Of a stretch of DNA of 64,000 bases, positions 57,508 through 64,000 are shown one piece after another. Made by a program: the position numbers and the translations under genes. Every line of letters starts with the position of its first letter. The first letter of the stretch is position 1. The notes beneath the pieces were generated by a model. The model did no database searches, was not told the origin of the DNA, and saw only the letters and a program-made list of their open reading frames with translations. This DNA is from Candidatus Heimdallarchaeota archaeon (GTDB lineage Archaea > Asgardarchaeota > Heimdallarchaeia > Hodarchaeales > Hodarchaeaceae): positions 10,728-74,727 of the forward strand of contig JBHLSH010000008.1 of assembly GCA_048881705.1 (NCBI GenBank). Direction: 5' to 3'.

Positions 57508-58188
57508 ATGGGATATTATTATCCACAACAATATAGAACCCAGCCGAGATACGATATAAAAGTCGAAGCCTATAGACAACTCGGAATTGCTTTATTATTA
57601 GGTACGATGACTGTAGCAGTAATGGTCTATTTGAGTGTTCCTACTGCCCTCTATTGGATGGGTACTATAGGTGAAATGCTCATCATTGGCATATTGTTTT
57701 TTGGAATGCTGTTTGGAACCCAGTTCAGTGAAAATACAGCTGCCATACTGTTATATTCATTCGCGATATGTAGTTCGGTCACATTGTCATTAATAGTTTA
57801 CATCGGCCTATTTCTTGAACCAGCAATTGTTGCGGGAGCTGTTGGATCAACTACCATAGTTGTTCTGGCCGCGTATCTCTATTCGGGCAGTACGATCAAT
57901 AAAATAGGGTCCCTGATGAAAATCGTGACTATCCTGGTGATATTCTTCCTGATCTTTGCTCTCCTTGGTTTTTTTCTCTTCAGCAGTGATCCGATGTTTT
58001 TCTTTATATTCAGTGTCTTTGGAGCCATTATCTTCAGCATTTACATTTTTATTGACTTTGCCCGCCTGGAAAATCGAATGTTTTCATCTCCTTCACTGAT
58101 GGCGCTCTGGCTATTCTATGATATCGTATATTTTCTCCGTCAAATTCTAATGGTTTTGATTTATATGTTCGGAGGTAGCCGAGACTAA
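57508..58188 (+). CDS. Bax inhibitor-1/YccA (TMBIM) family membrane protein
   Basis: Seven TMs, AVGSTT..LAAY, YIFIDF and ALWLFYDIV with both conserved Asp residues. Confidence 0.8.
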   Translation: MGYYYPQQYRTQPRYDIKVEAYRQLGIALLLGTMTVAVMVYLSVPTALYWMGTIGEMLIIGILFFGMLFGTQFSENTAAILLYSFAICSSVTLSLIVYIGLFLEPAIVAGAVGSTTIVVLAAYLYSGSTINKIGSLMKIVTILVIFFLIFALLGFFLFSSDPMFFFIFSVFGAIIFSIYIFIDFARLENRMFSSPSLMALWLFYDIVYFLRQILMVLIYMFGGSRD

Positions 58189-58236
58189 TTGGGGGATTCC
58201 CTCTCTTTCACTAGGCCTCATGGCATGTATCAACTG

Positions 58237-59025
58237 TTACAGTTCGTTTCTAAGGAGCGCGAAAAAAGCTGCTTTTGCATATTGCTCCCTCCACGGCTCA
58301 TGCCCACATTTCTTGAGGAGATAAAATCGGAAATCCTGAAGTAATCTCGATAACGGTTTTTCAACTCCCTCGGCTGGATGAGGGTCATAATCCCCGTGAA
58401 CAGCGACAGTTGGACATTTAACTTGTTTTACGCGTTTTAACAGATCTCCGCTCTTTCTTAACTGGGCAGCTTGGCTCCACACCGTTTGATGAATAGAACC
58501 ATTAAATAGTATAGAATCTGATTGTTCTGAATCTTCGATCAAAGGAGAAAAAGCATCGGTCTGTTTGGTTAACTTTTCCAAATGTTTGAGGGCAGTGTCC
58601 TTTCTTGAATCGTGATTGTCGTTCAACATCGTGATTATTGAGAAGTATTCATTTCTTTGCTTTGTACTAAGGCGGTTCAATCTTGTTTCTCGGACTTTGT
58701 TCGCATATTTTTCTTCAAAAGGCCCGCAACCAACAAGAATTAGTTTTTTTACAAAACCTGGATAATCAGTGGCAAACATTATACTTAACCAAGCACCCCA
58801 AGAGAAACCGATCAATGTTACGGGTAATTTTGCGTATTTCACAAGACCCTGTTTTAGTTCCTCAATCTGTCCTTCTATAGAGGATGCTGTTTGTATTGGT
58901 TCCAAAATCCCCCAATCTAAAGAAAGTTCACGGGCAATTGGAGCCATCTCACCTCCTGCTCCTGGACCGCCGTGTATGACTGCAATGGAGAAAGGAACCG
59001 ACCCGTATTTTCTTACCGTTTCCAT
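58237..59025 (-). CDS. Alpha/beta hydrolase
   Basis: HGGPG, GFSWG (Ser nucleophile), HGDYD, CGHEPW. Confidence 0.88.
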   Translation of the reverse strand: METVRKYGSVPFSIAVIHGGPGAGGEMAPIARELSLDWGILEPIQTASSIEGQIEELKQGLVKYAKLPVTLIGFSWGAWLSIMFATDYPGFVKKLILVGCGPFEEKYANKVRETRLNRLSTKQRNEYFSIITMLNDNHDSRKDTALKHLEKLTKQTDAFSPLIEDSEQSDSILFNGSIHQTVWSQAAQLRKSGDLLKRVKQVKCPTVAVHGDYDPHPAEGVEKPLSRLLQDFRFYLLKKCGHEPWREQYAKAAFFALLRNEL

Positions 59026-59061
59026 ATTTCACCACTCCGTCATTTGCATAAAGAATATTAT

Positions 59062-60219
59062 TCACCCATTTCCTTTATCGACAAAAATCGCTTCAAAATC
59101 CTCATTTTTCTTTGAGGTAGTCGGAGTGAATGTATACCACTTATTACTACTATGTGATGGTGTTCCGAAGTTAATATCCACCGTAAGCTCTGTAACATCA
59201 TACACTGAAGCCCAGAGTGCTCCAAAGTATCCAGATTGCCAGCTTGCACAAAATCCCTCTGGGATTTCTTTGGAAAGATAGTTTTTTATCAATTCTGTAT
59301 CCACATACGGGAATTTCGTCTCTACTAGGTCTTCAATGGTTTCTCTTCGCACTTTAGAGACATTTAATAACCACGGATTGTTGAATTGGTTATATTTAAG
59401 CATACCCGACATCGCGTATACGTTTGTAGCATACAGAAAATGCTCATCACATTGCAGATCGATTTCTTTTACTTCAAACTCACTATCATTCCCTTCAACA
59501 AGTGCGGCATGTCCCGAAGGATCAGCAACCAGGTAATTGGTAGACGTCCATATTGGTATATCAATGAGATTGTCCACAGCTTCGCGTGTTGTACCACACT
59601 TTTCCAATATCCCTCGTAAAGGAATCCAAAAAGGTAAGGACTTCTTATTAGTGACAGGAGTATCCCAGGCACCGCCCGCAGTTATTATAATGCATAGTCC
59701 TCGCTCATTTAGCCCCTCTAGTCTTCCAAATAGCAGAGTTGAAAACCCAATGTGTGCGAATTTACCTTGAACCCGAGTTGAACAGAGTCTATTGTCTTCG
59801 TCTTTATAATGCCAGTCATACGTTCTGGCTACATAGATACGGCCATTTACTGTCACTTTTGGAAGGAAAACTAGTCCAGTGCATCCTTTTTGGGTTGAAT
59901 AAGGAAAGTCATGGATCGCCAGTATTTCTGGTAAAACATTCAGTGATTCGGCAAAACCTTTAATCTCCTCTGTAATGCCAGGACAATACATTTCTTGTAG
60001 TTCCTCAATCTCAGCAAAACTGTTGAACCCTGATTTCTTACGGTTGAACTTAGCAGAGGTAAAGAACTCTCGCGTTGGGAACTTATTTTGTTTAATTTTC
60101 ATCCTGGCATTTTTTTGAAATATTTCACCTTGTTGTCTTCCAATCTCGTATGATGTTCCTTCCAAGACTAGGTGTTCAAAATTTCCTAAGATTTCCTCAT
60201 CTTTATCAGACATTTTCAA
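59062..60219 (-). CDS. C45 family autoproteolytic Ntn hydrolase/acyltransferase
   Basis: EEIKGFAE, KG-CT autoprocessing site, ARTYDW, GLNERGL, NYLVAD, ATN. Confidence 0.85.
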   Translation of the reverse strand: MKMSDKDEEILGNFEHLVLEGTSYEIGRQQGEIFQKNARMKIKQNKFPTREFFTSAKFNRKKSGFNSFAEIEELQEMYCPGITEEIKGFAESLNVLPEILAIHDFPYSTQKGCTGLVFLPKVTVNGRIYVARTYDWHYKDEDNRLCSTRVQGKFAHIGFSTLLFGRLEGLNERGLCIIITAGGAWDTPVTNKKSLPFWIPLRGILEKCGTTREAVDNLIDIPIWTSTNYLVADPSGHAALVEGNDSEFEVKEIDLQCDEHFLYATNVYAMSGMLKYNQFNNPWLLNVSKVRRETIEDLVETKFPYVDTELIKNYLSKEIPEGFCASWQSGYFGALWASVYDVTELTVDINFGTPSHSSNKWYTFTPTTSKKNEDFEAIFVDKGNG

Positions 60220-60708
60220 GTTTTCCTTTAATTTGTATCCATCAAATAGATTATCCTGTACTGAAAGTTGAAATAACCCCGTTTATGATGTTTTTGTCTT
60301 AAATCAAGATCTTTGTCTAATGTATATCTTTTTTCAGAGTTGTACCTTCTTTCACGGCACGAATGACGGATAAAAATGACTCTATAAAAGGATTCCTATC
60401 ATTTCGGAATGAATGAAAAGGTTCGTAACTCACAAATTGGCTAAAAATCATTTATTAAATCTCTGGTAACACTAAGGTTCATAATTAAATTTTTGGTGAC
60501 CAATTTTGAAATATTATTAATCAAATAGGAAACAAAAACGCATTTACATACTTCCGTTTTAACTTAAATTTCATTAGTTGGGCCCCAAAAAAAATTATGA
60601 ACAGACCAAAGATCGACGCCTCTGTGCGCCAAATAACAATTCGAACAATGGGAATACGTATAATCAAATAATAGTTCGGCTGATTGAATTTGATGAAAAG
60701 GGATTTCT

Positions 60709-61059
60709 TTGGAAATTAATACTGCTGTTAAACCCTGCTGGAAATGCGGACAATTGACGACGATTATTGAGACCGCTGACCGTTTTGTTACCGAGAGGGA
60801 AATTGGTGAAGAAATACAGACAAAATACCCCTTTTATTATCTAGATTTTTCCAAAGAGTCGGAACAGGGATACTATATGAACCATTGTGAACACTGTGGG
60901 GAAAAGCAGGGCGATAACTTGCTTTTTGTGGAACGATTGTTATCTAGTCATGAGCAAGGCAGGCCTAAACCTCGAGTATGGGATGAGAGACCCCCAAAGG
61001 AGCAAAAGATACTGGAACGTAATAAATTACGACGTTCAACCCTTGACGAGTTCTTTTAG
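60709..61059 (+). CDS. Small Zn-ribbon protein
   Basis: CWKCG and MNHCEHCG..QGD; TTG start; stop overlaps that of the convergent gene. Confidence 0.55.
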   Translation: MEINTAVKPCWKCGQLTTIIETADRFVTEREIGEEIQTKYPFYYLDFSKESEQGYYMNHCEHCGEKQGDNLLFVERLLSSHEQGRPKPRVWDERPPKEQKILERNKLRRSTLDEFF

Positions 61060-61835
61060 TGGATATTTGCCACGGTTCGGGTTGGTTTGTCTGTGGTTGT
61101 TGAAATCAGTTGGTAAAGCCATATTTGGTGAAGGCGTGATGCAACGCACATTCCAGTTAGTAGGGTTACGAGAGGACTTAAAACGCCTTCAGATGTGATA
61201 GCTAGGCCATAATTCAAGAGACTTAAAGCAAGATTGCCATTAGAGTCCCTAACATCGATTTCTTTAAATCTTTGGCCATCTAGTAACCGTTTGCCTTCAG
61301 CTAAGCATCTCTTATTTCTGTAAAATGCAGTGTATTGACCATTGGGGGTATATAACCTAAAGAACTCGTTATCTTCCGATTCAGAATAGCTGAGGATGGC
61401 ATGAATAAAACCATCAGGATCACAAATTTTCCAATTCGACATCATCGAGTTGCATTCAAGTCTTCCAAAGAGATCCCCGTCTCCATTTCGGAAGGTATAA
61501 GTGAATCTAAATCTATTAAATAACAGACAACATATTATAGTATATCCAACTGCCCAGAGGATTCCGAAGAGAAACAAGATTGGGATGATATTTCTAAGTA
61601 GTGCTGTACGAAGGAAGAACAGGACTATAATTACAACTATAGGAGCAGAAATGCCAGCAAGGTACCCCATTATTCCCAAGTGCTCTTTGCCCAGAGAGAA
61701 AAGACTTCCTCCCTTTAGAACAAGGGCGTTATTTTGATCCTTAATGACATGAAACACTCTAAAGGCGGTATCTAACCTTTCAATATAGTATTTATTCGAT
61801 CTTCCTAAAGCCTTCTGATTGACTTGGTAGATCAC
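61056..61835 (-). CDS. Hypothetical membrane protein, possibly LURP-one/scramblase (Tubby C-terminal)-like with a two-TM insert
   Basis: Repeated short beta-strands with DxxG turns flanking two TMs, plus a C-terminal hydrophobic helix. Confidence 0.5.
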   Translation of the reverse strand: MIYQVNQKALGRSNKYYIERLDTAFRVFHVIKDQNNALVLKGGSLFSLGKEHLGIMGYLAGISAPIVVIIVLFFLRTALLRNIIPILFLFGILWAVGYTIICCLLFNRFRFTYTFRNGDGDLFGRLECNSMMSNWKICDPDGFIHAILSYSESEDNEFFRLYTPNGQYTAFYRNKRCLAEGKRLLDGQRFKEIDVRDSNGNLALSLLNYGLAITSEGVLSPLVTLLTGMCVASRLHQIWLYQLISTTTDKPTRTVANIH

Positions 61836-61921
61836 TTAATCCGCCATCTTAGGAAAAGAAAATTGCTGAAACCATATTTGCTCTGTCTGTGTTATGTATA
61901 TCGCCACCACTTATAAGCTTT

Positions 61922-61936
61922 TGCCTAAATTAGGCA
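61922..61936. promoter_or_regulatory. Perfect 7-1-7 inverted repeat next to a TATA-like element
   Basis: TGCCTAA-A-TTAGGCA beside CTTATAAG, about 90 bp upstream of the 61835 start. Confidence 0.35.
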
Positions 61937-62401
61937 TTAGAAGGCAATAATAATAAATAAAATATTAATATCAGCTTTAATTGTGATTATTGCCGAGAAG
62001 GAAGTGGGTATCACAAAATTAATTGTTGAGGGCAAAAAAAAAGGGATCTTAGAGGAAAACATCTTCCGAGAGGGAATGGCACCCGAGATATGCTGGGTTA
62101 AAAAAGCGTTAAAGTTAACTCAATCTGTTTTTTCTGGATTTCCATGGTATTGAGTTCTATTGGAATTCGATTCCAGAGAGTAGGTTTTGATTATATTTGG
62201 TAGTAAAATTTTACGTCATATCTCATCCACTAAGGGGTAGCGATAATCGGTCGGAGGCAAGAAGTTGTCTTTTATTGTTCGTGGACTCGTCCAACGAAGG
62301 AGCTTTAACTAGCTCGACACTAGTTATAACATTTACTAGTAAAACCTACAAGGAGTTGTCTTAAAACTTATTTCCAAATCCACGAATAAATGTGAGGCTG
62401 C

Positions 62402-63757
62402 ATGGCTACTGAAGCGAGATCCATAGAAAGGAAATCTCCTATAGATATAATCCGACCATTCAAGGAATTTCTCAAAACAGAGCAATTTGGTGGATTAATT
62501 CTTATCTTTTGTGCGTTATTCGCACTCATTCTTACAAATTTCGTCTTCTTCGAGGCCTATAACGCCTTCTGGGAGACCGAACTGACAATCACATTTGGTG
62601 ATTTTGGCCTCAGCAAGAAATTCTCCTTATGGATCAATGATGGTTTTATGGCAATCTTTTTCTTTGTCATCGGATTAGAAATCAAACGCGAAATCATTGC
62701 AGGAGAACTAAATTCTCTCCGAAAAGCTTCTTTACCTATTATGGCAGCCCTCGGCGGAATGATTTTCCCTGCAGCCATTTACATTCTTTTTAATCTCAAT
62801 TCTCCTGAAAGTTTTGCTGGTTGGGGTATCCCCATGGCCACTGACATTGCCTTCACATTGGGGATCTTGGCTTTGATTGGAAAGAGAGCTCCTTTTCCAT
62901 TAAAAGTCTTCATTACAGGCTTGGCAATAATTGATGATATTGGCGCAGTAATTGTTATTGCAGTTTTCTATAGCACAAATATTGATTGGTTTATCCTTGT
63001 TATCGCTTTCGCCATCTTTTTTCTCTTGGTTCTTTTTAATAGAATTAATATCCAACATCCCCTACTATACATACTGTTTGGAATTGCGCTTTGGTTTGTC
63101 ATCCTTCAATCGGGGGTTCATGCAACTGTAGCAGGGGTGCTACTTGCATTCACCGTTCCAGCTCGCAATAAGATTGATGCTGATAAGTTTATTTTGGATT
63201 CTCAAATGATAATTGATGAATTTCAAACCGCTGGGAAATGTGGTTCAGGGGTGCTACTGAATCAAAAACAACAGAGTGCCGTGAAAACCCTCGAAACAGC
63301 TTGTCAGAGTGTTGAAGCCCCTCTCCAACGTTTTGAACGTGTTCTGCATTATTGGGTTGCTTTTGGTATTGTGCCAATATTCATTCTAGCAAATGCAGGT
63401 GTTTTACTAGGTCAGATTCCCCCATATATTCATCCCATTGAAGTGGGGATTTTTCTTGGTCTTTTAGTAGGAAAACCGATCGGAATAACGTTTGCTACCT
63501 GGCTAGCTGTCAAATCAGGCATCACATCATTACCTTCAGGATTAACCTGGACTCATATAATTGGTGTTTCGATGCTGGCTGGGATTGGTTTCACTATGGC
63601 TTTGTTCATAGGCAATCTTGCAATAACAGATGCTGCCCTCATAACAATGAAGAAATTTTCAATTTTGGTTGCCTCCTTTATAGCCGCCGTTCTTGGTATT
63701 GCCATTTTAAGTCGTACGGCCCCTATCGAAATTGATATCGAAGAATTTGAATGTTAA
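62402..63757 (+). CDS. nhaA: Na+/H+ antiporter NhaA
   Basis: WINDGFMAIFFF..GLEIKRE, GWGIPMATDIAF, AIIDDIG, SGVHAT, FILANAGV, GKPIGI, GIGFTMALFI. Confidence 0.95.
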   Translation: MATEARSIERKSPIDIIRPFKEFLKTEQFGGLILIFCALFALILTNFVFFEAYNAFWETELTITFGDFGLSKKFSLWINDGFMAIFFFVIGLEIKREIIAGELNSLRKASLPIMAALGGMIFPAAIYILFNLNSPESFAGWGIPMATDIAFTLGILALIGKRAPFPLKVFITGLAIIDDIGAVIVIAVFYSTNIDWFILVIAFAIFFLLVLFNRINIQHPLLYILFGIALWFVILQSGVHATVAGVLLAFTVPARNKIDADKFILDSQMIIDEFQTAGKCGSGVLLNQKQQSAVKTLETACQSVEAPLQRFERVLHYWVAFGIVPIFILANAGVLLGQIPPYIHPIEVGIFLGLLVGKPIGITFATWLAVKSGITSLPSGLTWTHIIGVSMLAGIGFTMALFIGNLAITDAALITMKKFSILVASFIAAVLGIAILSRTAPIEIDIEEFEC

Positions 63758-64000
63758 CATTATCCGAAAATTGAAAAAGGGCTCAATTTTACAAGATTGA
63801 AAGAAATGAATTCCACTAAGTGAAACCCAGATTTAGATTTTGCGGGCTATTCCTGACACCAGAGTCTGCAAAAAAAAATAGTAGGGCTGAAAGAAAACTG
63901 ACGGGGGAAAGAGATTCAGGGTAAACAAGAACCACCGCTATTCGAATGATAGTCAAAAAACTATCAGTCTGCCCACCAAACGACTGGGAGTAAACTAAAG

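Noticed and set aside
62300-62345. Cluster of short palindromes (ACTAGT twice, GTTATAAC) upstream of nhaA
   Set aside because: 6-10 bp AT-rich palindromes are expected by chance, and they do not match the GTTAT-N21-ATAAC motif.
1-64000. tRNA, rRNA, CRISPR arrays, transposases or integrases
   Set aside because: I saw no cloverleaf with T-loop consensus, rRNA signature, repeat-spacer array or DDE/tyrosine-recombinase motif by eye; tRNAscan and Infernal were not run.

Overview
Gene-dense archaeal window. An Asgard archaeon, most likely Heimdallarchaeia/Hodarchaeales, is inferred from Sec61-like SecY/SecE, AglB, an Arf-like GTPase, longin-like domains and PGF-CTERM-like anchors. All calls come from reading motifs by eye; no database searches were run. 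I found no rRNA, tRNA, CRISPR array or transposase. Main blocks: (1) 1-3.5 kb: aglB (partial), a membrane-anchored wHTH regulator, and a divergent secY-secE pair outside any ribosomal-protein operon. (2) 8-28 kb: a catabolic island with a Dpp/Opp ABC importer whose binding protein is circularly permuted, five tandem M19 dipeptidases in A-B-A-B-A order, MmgE/PrpD, an M29-like hydrolase, a NodB deacetylase, DUF362, PNPOx, Lrp, MFS and DJ-1. (3) 31-39 kb: a candidate membrane signalling module with two 7TM-longin proteins, two membrane proteins sharing a uDENN/longin-like cytoplasmic domain, and two stand-alone TPR-like modules. Three of these genes share a promoter/operator motif, and the block is divergent from a coupled TrmB-like regulator plus Arf-like GTPase. 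(4) 39-50 kb: hydrolases, a beta-helix surface protein, an orphan amino-methyltransferase and a coiled-coil/wHTH protein. (5) 51-54 kb: a cysM-mec-cysO-moeZ sulfur-carrier operon. (6) 54-64 kb: an O-methyltransferase, a haloalkane dehalogenase homolog with Asn at the nucleophile position, a 7TM protein, BI-1, a C45 hydrolase and NhaA. Several starts are refined from the ORF track using RBS position or paralog alignment.
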